A stretch of DNA of 64,000 bases. Source: an uncultured Candidatus Entotheonella sp. GTDB lineage: Bacteria; Tectomicrobia; Entotheonellia; Entotheonellales; Entotheonellaceae. The position numbers were made by a program, and so were the translations under genes. Location: the NCBI GenBank assembly GCA_965217185.1, contig OZ244252.1, forward strand, positions 2,304,001-2,368,000, read 5' to 3'. This document shows, piece by piece, positions 50,105-63,800 of the stretch. Each line of letters opens with the position of its first letter. The first letter of the stretch is position 1. The notes below the pieces were generated by a model. It ran no database searches and was not told where the DNA came from. It saw only the letters and a list, made by a program, of their open reading frames with translations.

Positions 50105-50482
50105 TCACAGCTTATATGGCACGACGACAAAGGCAAAACGCTCCGGTGGAAAATCCTTGGTATTGCGGGTTGCGAAACGGAGGTGATGATGCTGGGCAAG
50201 CGCGGCTTGGAAGGCATCGGGTAGTTTCCAGCCATGTATGCGTCGTAGGTCGGCTGCCAAGTCGGAAATCCGCTTGGTAAGTTCGAAAACGGGAAAGCAG
50301 TCGAGAAGCATCGCGGCCTTCTGCCTGTCGTCGGAAGCTTCAAAACCCGTCAGCACTTCTGCACGTGTGATTACAGAAATTGATGCGTTGTGCCTTAACT
50401 GTCCAAGATAAGCGGTGGCTTCGGCAATACCATTAAAATGGTCAATCAAGATAACCGAATCGAGCAAAACACTCAGGGGCAT
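50105..50482 (-). CDS. PIN-domain VapC toxin (acidic tetrad intact)
   Basis: LLDSVILID, TRAEVL, LPDAFQAA, TRNTKDF. Confidence 0.9.
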   Translation of the reverse strand: MPLSVLLDSVILIDHFNGIAEATAYLGQLRHNASISVITRAEVLTGFEASDDRQKAAMLLDCFPVFELTKRISDLAADLRRIHGWKLPDAFQAALAQHHHLRFATRNTKDFPPERFAFVVVPYKL

Positions 50483-50715
50483 CTATTCCACTCATTACGG
50501 ACGTTTTCCTGATAACTTAAGCCATCGCCCTGCTTCCACAGACCGCTAGTATGAGAGAGCAACGCATCGTACGTTTCCTGTAGCCTCGGGTCGTTCTTTA
50601 CGTGTTCGTCGATGACCAGAACAATCTGATGTTGCCCAGTAGGGATATCGTCAGGCAGAGTGATGGTTACGGTGTGATCATCTTTCAGTTCCAGTTCACA
50701 GGTTATGGTGCGCAT
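50473..50715 (-). CDS. Putative antitoxin of the adjacent PIN toxin
   Basis: 80 aa; overlaps the toxin start by 10 nt; C-terminus GLWKQGDGLSYQENVRNEW is typical of VapC partners; AT-richer than the flanks. Confidence 0.8.
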   Translation of the reverse strand: MRTITCELELKDDHTVTITLPDDIPTGQHQIVLVIDEHVKNDPRLQETYDALLSHTSGLWKQGDGLSYQENVRNEWNRCP

Positions 50716-50815
50716 GGACTAAACTCCTCGATTAACGGACCAAGGCACTATAGACGATTGAAATGTGCATTGCCATGGCCAGTAAACCGCACGCGCACGC
50801 CGCGTGTTTTGGTTG

Positions 50816-51742
50816 CTACTCCGCTGGCGTCTGCAGCTTGCCGCACAGTTCGGCCGCCGTGGCGATGCCGCGGCGCCGCAGGTAGTCTTCCATTTCGGAC
50901 ACGATTTTCCGGCAGGCGGCGGGGTCTGCGAAGCTTGCCGTACCCACTTGGCAAGCCGCAGCGCCGGCCAGGAGAAATTCCAGCGCGTCCCGGCCGCTCA
51001 TAATGCCGCCTATGCCGACGACGGGAATGCGTACCGCCTGCGCCACCTGCCAGACCATGCGCAGCGCGATGGGCTTGATGGCCGGTCCTGAAAGGCCGCC
51101 GAATCCGAGCGGCAACTCCGCCCGCCGCGCCTCCAGATCGATGGCCATGCCTAGTACCGTATTGATCAGAGAGATCGCGTCGGCGCCGGCCGCCTCGGCG
51201 GCGCGGGCGATTTCCGTGATGTCGGTGACGTTTGGGCTGAGCTTGACCCACAACGGCAGGTGGGTAGCTTGTCGTATTTTTCCGACGACCTCTGCCGTCA
51301 GACGTGCATCGCTGCTGAACAGCATGCCGCCGTGCCGGACGTTGGGGCAGGAGATGTTGGCCTCGAGAGCCGCGATGCCTTCCGCCTCGCTGGCCCGGGC
51401 CGCCACGGCGGCGTATTCATCCGGCGAATCGCCAAAGAAATTGACCACGACGTTGGTGCGGTAGCCCCGCAAGCGCGGTAGCTTGTCGCGCAGGAACGCC
51501 TCGATGCCGACGTTCTGCAGACCGACGGAGTTGAGCATGCCGGCCGTCGTCTCAACGAGCCGCGGCGCCGGGTTACCAGGACGCGGTTCAAGCGACAAGC
51601 CTTTCACTACCACGCCGCCCATGCGGTTGAGGTCAACAAAGGGGTGGAGTTCCTCGCCGTATCCGCAGGTGCCCGACGCCGCGATGATGGGATTTTGCAA
51701 ACACAGCCCGGCAACGTTTACCCGCAAGTCGGGCGTTGGCAC
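50816..51742 (-). CDS. pyrD: Dihydroorotate dehydrogenase, class 1 catalytic subunit
   Basis: ASGTCGYG, MLNSVGLQN, NISCPNV, VKLSPNVTDI, GGLSGPAIKP; GTG at 51742. Confidence 0.96.
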   Translation of the reverse strand: MPTPDLRVNVAGLCLQNPIIAASGTCGYGEELHPFVDLNRMGGVVVKGLSLEPRPGNPAPRLVETTAGMLNSVGLQNVGIEAFLRDKLPRLRGYRTNVVVNFFGDSPDEYAAVAARASEAEGIAALEANISCPNVRHGGMLFSSDARLTAEVVGKIRQATHLPLWVKLSPNVTDITEIARAAEAAGADAISLINTVLGMAIDLEARRAELPLGFGGLSGPAIKPIALRMVWQVAQAVRIPVVGIGGIMSGRDALEFLLAGAAACQVGTASFADPAACRKIVSEMEDYLRRRGIATAAELCGKLQTPAE

Positions 51743-51753
51743 GGCAGACTCTT

Positions 51754-55074
<3,321 letters not shown>

Positions 55075-55075
55075 T

Positions 55076-56164
55076 TCAACTCCCTTGTCGCATGCTGGAA
55101 AGAAACGGTTCAAACAGGTCAACGGCATCGTGCGGCCCGGGAGACGCTTCCGGGTGGAACTGCACCGAGAACACCGGCAGCTCGCGGTGCCTGACGCCTT
55201 CGACGACGTTGTCGTTCAGGTTGACGTGGGTCACTTCCAAAGCGTCCGGCAGGGTGCTCGGATCGACGGCGAAACCGTGGTTTTCTGCGGTGATCAGGAC
55301 GCGCTCGGTATGCAGGTCGCGGATGGGTTGGTTACCGCCGTGGTGCCCGAACTTCAGCTTCACGGTCTCGGCGCCGCTGGCGAGCGCGAGAATCTGATGT
55401 CCGAGACAGATGCCCATGATTGGTTTGACACCGATGAACCGCCGCACTTGGTCGATAACCGTCGGCAGGGCCGCCGGGTCTCCGGGACCGTTGGACAGAA
55501 AGACGCCGTCCGGTTGCAGGGCGAGCACCGCCGCGGCGGGCGTGCCGGCCGGCACCACGTGCACGCGGCAGCCGCGGCGGGTGAGGCAGCGCAGGATGTT
55601 GTGCTTGATGCCGTAGTCGTAGGCGACGACAAGCGGCGTGGCAGAGGCTGGGGCGTCTTCCGTCCAGTCGTACGGCGCTTCGCAGGTGACGTCCGTTACC
55701 AGATCCCGGCCACTCATCGACGGAACACCGCGCGCCCTCGCCACCAAAACGTCAGGGTCCAGTTCGACGGTCGAAATGATGCCCTCCTGGGCGCCGTGGT
55801 CGCGCAAGCGGCGGGTCAGCGTGCGCGTGTCGATGCCCTCGATGCCAACGATGCCGTGCTCGCGCATGAAGTCGGGCAGGCTCTGCTGGGCGCGCCAGTT
55901 ACTGACGATCGGGCTGCATTCCTTCACGATCAGGCCCTCGGCCCAGGGCTTTCTCGACTCGAAATCCTCCTCGTTGACGCCGTAATTGCCGATGAGCGGA
56001 TACGTCATGGTGACAATCTGCCCTTTGTACGACGGGTCGGTGAGGATTTCCTGGTAGCCCATCATGCTGGTATTGAACACCACTTCCCCGGCGACCTCTC
56101 CGGGCGCGCCGAAGGACTTGCCCTCGAAAACCGTTCCGTCTGCCAAGGCTAACAAGGCCCGCAT
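55076..56164 (-). CDS. carA: Carbamoyl-phosphate synthase small subunit
   Basis: [42 protein letters not shown]. Confidence 0.98.
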   Translation of the reverse strand: MRALLALADGTVFEGKSFGAPGEVAGEVVFNTSMMGYQEILTDPSYKGQIVTMTYPLIGNYGVNEEDFESRKPWAEGLIVKECSPIVSNWRAQQSLPDFMREHGIVGIEGIDTRTLTRRLRDHGAQEGIISTVELDPDVLVARARGVPSMSGRDLVTDVTCEAPYDWTEDAPASATPLVVAYDYGIKHNILRCLTRRGCRVHVVPAGTPAAAVLALQPDGVFLSNGPGDPAALPTVIDQVRRFIGVKPIMGICLGHQILALASGAETVKLKFGHHGGNQPIRDLHTERVLITAENHGFAVDPSTLPDALEVTHVNLNDNVVEGVRHRELPVFSVQFHPEASPGPHDAVDLFEPFLSSMRQGS

Positions 56165-56179
56165 GGCGTTTTGTGCTCC

Positions 56180-57514
56180 TTACTTGCGCTCAAAGATGAT
56201 CCTGCCTTCGACGATCGTCGCCATCGCCGCACCGCGCAACCGCCAGCCCAGAAACGGGGTGTTGTGGCTGCGTGAGTGCAAGGCGGCAGCGTCAACCTCG
56301 ACCTCGTATTCGGGATCGATCAGGGTGATGTCGGCCAACTCTCCGGTCCGCAGGGTGCCGTGCGGCAGGCTGAGAATGCGGGCCGGGCGACTGGTGTAGG
56401 CGGCGACAAGCTGCGGCAGGGGCAGCAGGCCGTCGTGGTACAGCCGCAGCGCCAACCCGACGTTGGTTTCCAGGCCGATCATGCCTGGTGCGGCCGCCAG
56501 AAAATCCTGCTCCTTGTCGGCCACGTGCTGCGGCAGGTGGTCGGAAGCGATGGCGTCGATCGTCCCGTCTCGCAGAGCCGCCCGCACCACCTCGACGTCC
56601 GGTGCCGGGCGCAGCGGCGGGTTGACCTTGGTGTTGGTGTCGTAACCCTTGACGGCCTCGTCGGTCAGCGTCAGGTAATGTGGACAGGTCTCCGCCGTCA
56701 CGTTCACGCCCCGGTCCTTGGCACGCCGCAACAGGCTGACCGTTTCCGCGGTGCTCACGTGCTGCACGTGCAGGTGCGCGCCGCTCAGGGCCGCCAGTTG
56801 GATATCGCGGTACACCATGATGCTTTCCGCCGCCGCCGGCACACTCGGAAGCCCCAGGATAGTGGACACCGCGCCCTCGTGCATGACGCCGTTGCCGGCG
56901 AGCACGCGGTCCTCGCAATGCGACAGGATGGGCAGGCCGAACATGCTGCCGTACTCCATGGCGCGGCGCATCAGGCGGGCGCTGCCGACAGATTGGGGGG
57001 CATCCGACAGGGCCACGATGCCGGCTTTGCGCATGCCGCCGATTTCGGCCAGCGTTTCGCCCTGCAAGCCGGCGGTCACGGCGCCGACCGGGTAGAGTCG
57101 GGTGCCGCAGGCGATTCCGGCGCGCCGCAGGATGTATTCGGTCACCGTCGGCGTATCGTGCACCGGTTGGGTGTCCGGCATCATCGCCACCGCGGTAAAG
57201 CCCCCGGCGGCAGCGGCGGCAAGCCCGCTGGCAATCGTTTCGCGGTGTTCGTAGCCCGGCTCGCCGAAGTGGACGTGCATGTCGATAAAACCCGGCGCCA
57301 CAATCCAGCCGGCGGCTTCCACAACCCGCGGCGCCGCGGACGGCGGCCCGCCTTCAGGCGACATCCCCGTCCCCATGAGGGAGGGGGCAGGGGAGGGGAA
57401 CGGTAGTTCGCGGCCGATCTCGGCGATGCGACCCTCGGCAACACGCACGTCCAGGTGGGCATCCAGTCCTTGCTCCGGGTCGATGACCCGGCCGCCGCGA
57501 ATCAGCAAGTCCAC
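56180..57514 (-). CDS. pyrC: Dihydroorotase (one in-frame repeat insertion)
   Basis: PGFIDMHVH, HCED, ETCPHYL, KVNPPLR, IASDH. Confidence 0.95.
   Translation of the reverse strand: MDLLIRGGRVIDPEQGLDAHLDVRVAEGRIAEIGRELPFPSPAPSLMGTGMSPEGGPPSAAPRVVEAAGWIVAPGFIDMHVHFGEPGYEHRETIASGLAAAAAGGFTAVAMMPDTQPVHDTPTVTEYILRRAGIACGTRLYPVGAVTAGLQGETLAEIGGMRKAGIVALSDAPQSVGSARLMRRAMEYGSMFGLPILSHCEDRVLAGNGVMHEGAVSTILGLPSVPAAAESIMVYRDIQLAALSGAHLHVQHVSTAETVSLLRRAKDRGVNVTAETCPHYLTLTDEAVKGYDTNTKVNPPLRPAPDVEVVRAALRDGTIDAIASDHLPQHVADKEQDFLAAAPGMIGLETNVGLALRLYHDGLLPLPQLVAAYTSRPARILSLPHGTLRTGELADITLIDPEYEVEVDAAALHSRSHNTPFLGWRLRGAAMATIVEGRIIFERK
57364..57398 (-). repeat. Palindromic element inside pyrC
   Basis: + strand TCCCCGTCCCCATGAGGGAGGGGGCAGGGGAGGGG; encodes PSPAPSLMGTG; aligns with the carB copy. 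Confidence 0.85.
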
Positions 57515-58443
57515 TAGCCGCCTCCCAGAATCAGATAGAGCAGGGCCATGCGCACCGCGACGCCGTTCGTGACCTGCTGCAGGATCACCGACGACAAGCC
57601 GTCCGCCACCTCGGGGGCGATCTCCACGCCGCGATTGATGGGACCGGGGTGCATCACCACCACGCCCTCCCTGGCGCGCCGCAGGCGCTCGGCAGTGAGG
57701 CAGTAGCGCTCGGCGTATTCCGCCAGCGACGGGAACAGCACGTCCTTGTGGCGCTCACGCTGCATGCGCAGCATCATGACGACGTCGGTGGACTGGATGG
57801 CCTCGTCGAAGTTACTGGTGGACTCGACGCCGAGTTGATCGAGACCCACCGGCAGCATGGTGCGCGGGCCGCAGACGCAGACGTGCATGCCGAGCTTTTG
57901 CATGGCCAGCACGTTCGAGCGCGCTACCCGGCTGCTGGCGATGTCGCCGACGATCAAGGCGTTTCGGCCCTGCAGCGAGCCCCATTTTTCTTGCAGCGTA
58001 AAGACATCCAGCAGCGCCTGGGTGGGGTGCTCGTGGGCGCCGTCGCCGGCATTGATGACCGGCTGCGGCACGGAGCGCGCCAGGAAATGCGGCACCCCGG
58101 CGACGTGGTGGCGCACGATCAGCACGTCGGCCTGCATCGCCGCCAGGTTATCGGCCATGTCCCGCAGGCTTTCACCCTTGCTGAAGCTGCTGGTGGCCAC
58201 GGAGATATTCACCACGTCGGCGCTGAGGCGCTTGCCGGCGATTTCAAACGAGGTGCGCGTCCGCGTGCTGGGCTCAAAGAACAGGTTGATGACAGTCTTG
58301 CCGCGCAGGGTCGGGACTTTCTTGATGTCGCGCTCGGAGACTTCTTTGAAGGAGGGAACGGCGTCCAGAATGTGTTGAATTTCCTCGGCGGAGAGGGTTT
58401 CAACGTCCAGGAGATCGCGGCCACGGAAGCTGATCGAACTCAT
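57514..58443 (-). CDS. pyrB: Aspartate carbamoyltransferase catalytic subunit
   Basis: [41 protein letters not shown] at 58443. Confidence 0.98.
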   Translation of the reverse strand: MSSISFRGRDLLDVETLSAEEIQHILDAVPSFKEVSERDIKKVPTLRGKTVINLFFEPSTRTRTSFEIAGKRLSADVVNISVATSSFSKGESLRDMADNLAAMQADVLIVRHHVAGVPHFLARSVPQPVINAGDGAHEHPTQALLDVFTLQEKWGSLQGRNALIVGDIASSRVARSNVLAMQKLGMHVCVCGPRTMLPVGLDQLGVESTSNFDEAIQSTDVVMMLRMQRERHKDVLFPSLAEYAERYCLTAERLRRAREGVVVMHPGPINRGVEIAPEVADGLSSVILQQVTNGVAVRMALLYLILGGG

Positions 58444-58471
58444 GGCGTTGTCTTTTCCCTGAGAAAATGCA

Positions 58472-59044
58472 TCAAGTCTCCTGCCGGGCCGCTTCCATAA
58501 GCGTGATGTCATCGCGGCCGTCGATTTCACTCACCTGCACGCGCACTTGATCGTCGTGCGCAGTTTGCAGGGTGGCGCCGACGTAATCGGCCTGAATGGG
58601 GAACTCGCGGTGGCCGCGGTCGACCAGCACCGCCAGTTGGACGGATAACGGGCGTCCGAAATCCGTGAGTGCGTCCATGGCCGCCCGAATGGTGCGTCCG
58701 GTGTACAGCACGTCATCCACCAGTACCACGTGCCGGGCGTCAAGCGGACAGGGAATATGCGTCGCCTGCATCGGTCGGCCTTGGCGTGCCTTGAGGTCGT
58801 CGCGGTAGAGCGTGATGTCGATAGTGCCCACGGGTATGTCCGTGCTCGTGTCGCTTTGGATCAGGGCGCCCAGCCGTTTGGCCAGCGGCACGCCGCGGGT
58901 GCGGATGCCGATGAGCACAAGGCGTGTCACCGGGGTGTTGCGTGTGCCAATTTCGCGGCCAAGGCGCCGCAGCGCCTGCTCGATGCCTGCGACGTCCAGC
59001 ACCTGCCTCCTGCCAGCGAGCTTTGTATGTCTCCGCACCTGCAA
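58472..59044 (-). CDS. pyrR: Pyrimidine regulatory protein / UPRTase PyrR
   Basis: [49 protein letters not shown]. Start uncertain. Confidence 0.96.
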   Translation of the reverse strand: MQVRRHTKLAGRRQVLDVAGIEQALRRLGREIGTRNTPVTRLVLIGIRTRGVPLAKRLGALIQSDTSTDIPVGTIDITLYRDDLKARQGRPMQATHIPCPLDARHVVLVDDVLYTGRTIRAAMDALTDFGRPLSVQLAVLVDRGHREFPIQADYVGATLQTAHDDQVRVQVSEIDGRDDITLMEAARQET

Positions 59045-59069
59045 CCTCCGTCAGCGTTGGGCAGCGGAC

Positions 59070-59094
59070 AAAAAAAAGAGCCCCCAAGGGGCAC
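59070..59094 (-). terminator. Intrinsic terminator between surA and pyrR
   Basis: Minus strand GTGCCCC-TTG-GGGGCTC followed by T8. Confidence 0.7.
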
Positions 59095-59100
59095 GGGATA

Positions 59101-60129
59101 CTAATCCTCATACAGTATCTTGACGTACGCCTGTAGCCGCAAGGCCTCAAGCCATTCCTGGTATTTGGCCTCGGTCTTCTCGCGCAGCAATTCGTTCTGC
59201 AGGTCCGCTTTAACGTCGTCGAATAACCTGAAGCTGTCCGCTTGGCGGTCTTCGAGGCGAATGAGGTGTAGCCCTACGCGGGTGCGTATCACGTCGCTGA
59301 TCTCGCCGGGCTGCAGGTTGGCCGTTGCCTCATCGAACCCCGGCAGCAGTTCGTTGGCCTGGAAGGTGCCCAGCAAGCCGCCGCGTTCCGCTGATGGCCC
59401 TTCGGAGTACTGACGCGCGAGGGCGGCAAAATCGCCGCCGTTGCGGATTTCCTGCAACACGCGCTCGGCTTCGGTTTGCCGCTGGGCCACGTCGTCGTCC
59501 GCAGCACGCTCCGGCAACAAGAACAGGATATGGCTCACCGTCTGGGTGCCGGCAATGCGGTAGCTTTCCTGCCGCGCCTCGTAAGCCTCCTGCAACTCGC
59601 TGTCGAGGATGATGAGGCGCGACCGCACCTCGGCGTTGGCGACCTTGCTGACCAACAGCCCCTCGCGGAGCTGCTGCCGGTAGCTCTCCAGGGTCATGCC
59701 GCGGCTTTTCAACATCTGCACCAACTGGTCGTCGGAGATCTGGTTCTGTTCCTTCAGCGCATCGACTTGCCGGTCAATGTCGTCGTCGCTGACGCTCATT
59801 TGCAACTGCCGCGCCCGGGCAAGCTGTAAATGGATATCCATGAGGTTGTTCAGCGTCTGCTTGTAAGCGGCGGAAATCTGCTCCCGCAGCCGCTCACCGC
59901 GATAGGTCTGGGCCAGTTGTGTCACCTCGAAGGCCATCGCCTCCCGCACTTCGCCAATGGTGATGATTTCCTCGTTCACCACCGCCGCGATGCCGTCCAG
60001 CGTAAGCGCCTCCTGCGCCCAACCTGCCGGTCCACTCAGGAGTATCAGCATGCAAACAGCCGCCGCCGGAAGAACACGCAACCTGCCGTTGACTTCATTC
60101 CCGCACGTTTTGTAGATGTCGTTCCGCAT
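59101..60129 (-). CDS. surA: SurA-like periplasmic chaperone / parvulin PPIase
   Basis: Signal peptide ending GWA-Q, LDGIAAVVNEEIIT, SHILF, FAALARQYSEGPSAERGGLLG, GLHLIRL; RBS GGAG before ATG 60129. Confidence 0.9.
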   Translation of the reverse strand: MRNDIYKTCGNEVNGRLRVLPAAAVCMLILLSGPAGWAQEALTLDGIAAVVNEEIITIGEVREAMAFEVTQLAQTYRGERLREQISAAYKQTLNNLMDIHLQLARARQLQMSVSDDDIDRQVDALKEQNQISDDQLVQMLKSRGMTLESYRQQLREGLLVSKVANAEVRSRLIILDSELQEAYEARQESYRIAGTQTVSHILFLLPERAADDDVAQRQTEAERVLQEIRNGGDFAALARQYSEGPSAERGGLLGTFQANELLPGFDEATANLQPGEISDVIRTRVGLHLIRLEDRQADSFRLFDDVKADLQNELLREKTEAKYQEWLEALRLQAYVKILYED

Positions 60130-60848
60130 CGTGCTCCTGCCTCCCACAATCCCGGCAAATGCTCTCGCTGGTTCCCGTTCCGTGACATGGGTTTCGGTGA
60201 TGATAGACACTCTTGATAGCCGGTTCAAGTCAGGGATGCCAGGGATCGTCTGAGTCCCGGACACATACCGGCGGCCTTCAGTGACGCTTGCGGCAGTCAC
60301 GAGTCGGCTTTTTCGGTCGGCACTATGCGGCCAGAGGTGGAGGCCGTCGTCCGGTCGTTCGCCGGCCTCAGGGGCTGGTGGGGAGTCAAAACCGGCGGCT
60401 TGCTCGCAGTCCGGCGACGGCAGCGGGTCTGACCGGTCCTGTGGTCCATATGGGGACGGCTCGCTGGCACCGATTCTTGGTGGGAAGGTATAATCGCAGA
60501 CCACTATCCGCGAAGCGAGCGGGGATATCCAATCAAATTTCCCCGCCTCCACCGTTTTCGGCTTTTTTTGGCACGAAAATCGCCCGCGCGGGTAGGAAAT
60601 TCGACGCGGCTTTCCGGGACTTCGCAGGAGCGCTAAAGTCTACATGCTGTCATCTTATTCGGAATGATGGAACAAAATCAGGGTGCGTTCAGGTAACGCC
60701 TGTCGAGAATTAAGGCCTGCCACGTCGTCTTCCGCATCGCCTGTGCCGAGCTGCTGTCCCTCAGTATCCTGCTTGGCATCATCCTGGCCGTGGTCCAGAG
60801 CATCTCCGACGCCCCACCGCACAACCTGGACGGGGAGCTTCCGTAATA

Positions 60849-63800
60849 ATGATTCAGCGACCTCAGAGATTGTTGTCCTGCGTTCTTGGCCAACGGACCA
60901 CCTGCCGCCATGTCAGTTCCCTCCTTCTCGTGGCCCTTATTGTCATAGGCCTGCCGGTGCTTTCGGGCGCCCAACAGACCTGTCAGCCCGATGGCGACGT
61001 CGATCAGAACGGAAGTGTCACCGTCGCGGATGCCCTGCTGGCATTTCAACAGGCGTTGAGCCTGGCTGATCTGAGTGCGTGCCAACAAAGCGTCGCGGAT
61101 GTATCGCCCCAGCCGGGTGCTCCGGACGGTAACATTACTGCGTCGGATGCCTTCTGCATTTTCCAGAAGGCTCTCGGTTTGCCGTCGTGCCTGGACATCC
61201 TGCCGCCGCCCAACGAACCGCCACTGGCCAATGCGGGTCCTGACAAGATTATCGTTGAAGGCGCGGTGGTCACGCTATCGGGGGCGGGCAGCGATTCCGA
61301 CGGCGTGATTGTCAGCCATACGTGGAAACAGACGGGCGGCACGAGGGTATCGATTGTCGGGGCCGCCCGTGCCGCCGCCGCGTTCACCGCACCCGATGTG
61401 TCAATGGACGAGACGCTGACTTTCCAGCTCACCGTCACGGACGACGACGGCGCGACCGACAGTGATGACGTAAGCGTGACGGTGGGAACTGGAGTCGAGG
61501 GATTTATCTCGGTCAGTGCCGGGTACCATCACACCTGTGGGTTGCGCGAGACGGGAACTGTGGAATGTTGGGGTCGTGATGAATATGGCCAATCCACACC
61601 GCTTGCGGACACGTTTACTTCGCTCAGTGCCGGGGGCTTTCATACCTGCGGGTTGCGCGAGACAGGCGTCGTGACGTGTTGGGGCGATAACGACTATGGT
61701 CAGTCCACGCCGCCTGCGGGCACCTTTGTCTCGGTTGGCGCTGGGGTCTTTCACACCTGCGGGTTGCGTGAGACGGGTGCCGTGGAATGCTGGGGTTCAA
61801 ATGGCCATGGTCAGTCCACGCCGCCTGCGGACACGTTTACTTCGCTCAGTGCCGGGGGCTTTCATACCTGCGGGTTGCGCGAGACCGGCGCCGTGGAATG
61901 CTGGGGTTGGGATAGCGACGGTCAGTCCACGCCGCCTGCGGGCCCGTTTGTCTCGCTCAGTGTCGGAATCTTCCATACCTGCGGGTTGCGTGAGACGGGC
62001 GCCGTGGAATGCTGGGGTTCAAATGGCCATGATCGATCGACGCCGCCTGCGGGCACCTTCACTTCGCTCAGTGCCGGGTACCGTCACACCTGCGGGTTGC
62101 GCGAGACAGACGCCGTGGAATGCTGGGGTTCAACTGCCCATGGTCGATCGACGCCGCCTGCGGGCACGTTTGCTTCGGTCAGCGCCGGGGGCTTTCACAC
62201 CTGCGGGGTATACGAAACAGGCGCCATGAAATGCTGGGGCGATGCTGAATATGGTCGATCGACGCCGCCTGCGGGCACGGTTACTTCGGTCAGTGTCGGG
62301 TATCACCACACCTGCGGGGTTCGCGAGACGGGCGCTGTGGAATGTTGGGGTAGCGATGACTATGGCCAATCGACGTCGCCTGCGGGCACGTTCACTTCGG
62401 TCAGTGCCGGGGGCTTTCACACCTGCGGGTTGCGTGAGACCGGCGCCGTGGAATGTTGGGGTTGGGATAGCGACGGTCAGTCCACGCCGCCTGCGGGCCC
62501 GTTCGTCTCGGTCAGTGCCCGGTACTATCACACCTGCGGGTTGCGCGACACGGGCGCTGTGGAATGCTGGGGTTCAAATGGCCATGGTCGATCGACGCCG
62601 CCTGCGGGCATGTTTGTCTCGCTCAGTGCCGGGTACCATCACACCTGCGGGTTGCGTGAGACGGGCGCGGCGGAATGTTGGGGTAGCGATGAACGTGGTC
62701 AATCCACGCTGCCTGCGGGCATCTTCACCTCGGTCAGTGCCGGGGGCTTTCACACCTGTGGGGTAGGTGAGACCGGCGCCGTGAAGTGCTGGGGTGATGA
62801 TGAGTATGGTCAGTCCACGCCGCTTGCGGGCCCGTTTGTCTCGGTCAGCGCCGGGTACCATCACACCTGCGGGTTGCGTGAGACGGGCGCCGTGGAATGC
62901 TGGGGCAGCGATGAACATGGTCAATCCACGCCGCTTGCCGGCACGTTTACCTCGGTCAGTGCCCGGTACTATCACACCTGTGGGATACGTGAGACGGGCG
63001 CCGTGGAATGCTGGGGCTCCAGCAGCCACGGTCGATCAACGCCGCCTGCTGGCACGACATCGGTCAGTTCCCGGTACTATCACACCTGCGGGTTGCGCGA
63101 GACGGGCGCCGTGGAATGCTGGGGTGATGATGAGTATGGTCAATCGACGCCGCCTGCGGGCGCGTTTACCTCGCTCAGTGCCGGGTACCGTCACACCTGC
63201 GGGTTGCGCGAGACAGGTGCCGTGGAATGCTGGGGTGGCGATGGGTATGGTCAGGGCACGCCGCCTGCGGGCACGTTTACTTCCGTCAGTGCCGGGTACC
63301 GTCACACCTGCGGGTTACGTGACACGGGTACCGTGGCATGCTGGGGTTCCAATGGCTATGGTCGATCGACGCCGCCTGCGGGCATGTTTGTCTCGGTCAG
63401 CGCCGGATACCACCATACCTGCGGGGTGCGGGAGACGGGTGCCATGGCATGTTGGGGTAGCGATGAATTTGGTCAATCCACACCGCTTGCGGGTACCTTT
63501 GTGTCGGTCAGTGCCGGATACCATCACACCTGCGGGTTGCGTGAAACCGGTGCTGTGGCTTGTTGGGGTGGCGATGACGATGGTCAATCCACACGGCTTG
63601 CGGGCGCCTTTGTGTCGGTCAGTGCCGGGGTTTCTCACACCTGCGGGTTGCGTGAGACGGGAGCCGTGGAATGCTGGGGTTCAAATGGCCATGGTCGATC
63701 GACGCCGCCTGCGGGCACGTTTACTTCGGTCAGTGCCGGGGGGGCTCAAACCTGCGGGGTGCGCAACATAGGCACTGTGGCCTGCTGGGGTGATGACGAA

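Noticed and set aside
60170..60300. 6S RNA or riboswitch upstream of surA
   Set aside because: A TGAACC-like word is present, but I could not identify its pairing partner or any aptamer consensus by eye.
61503..63791. CRISPR array or diversity-generating retroelement
   Set aside because: Units are in-frame coding repeats without unique spacers. There are no cas genes or reverse transcriptase in the window, and no template/variable repeat pair was seen.
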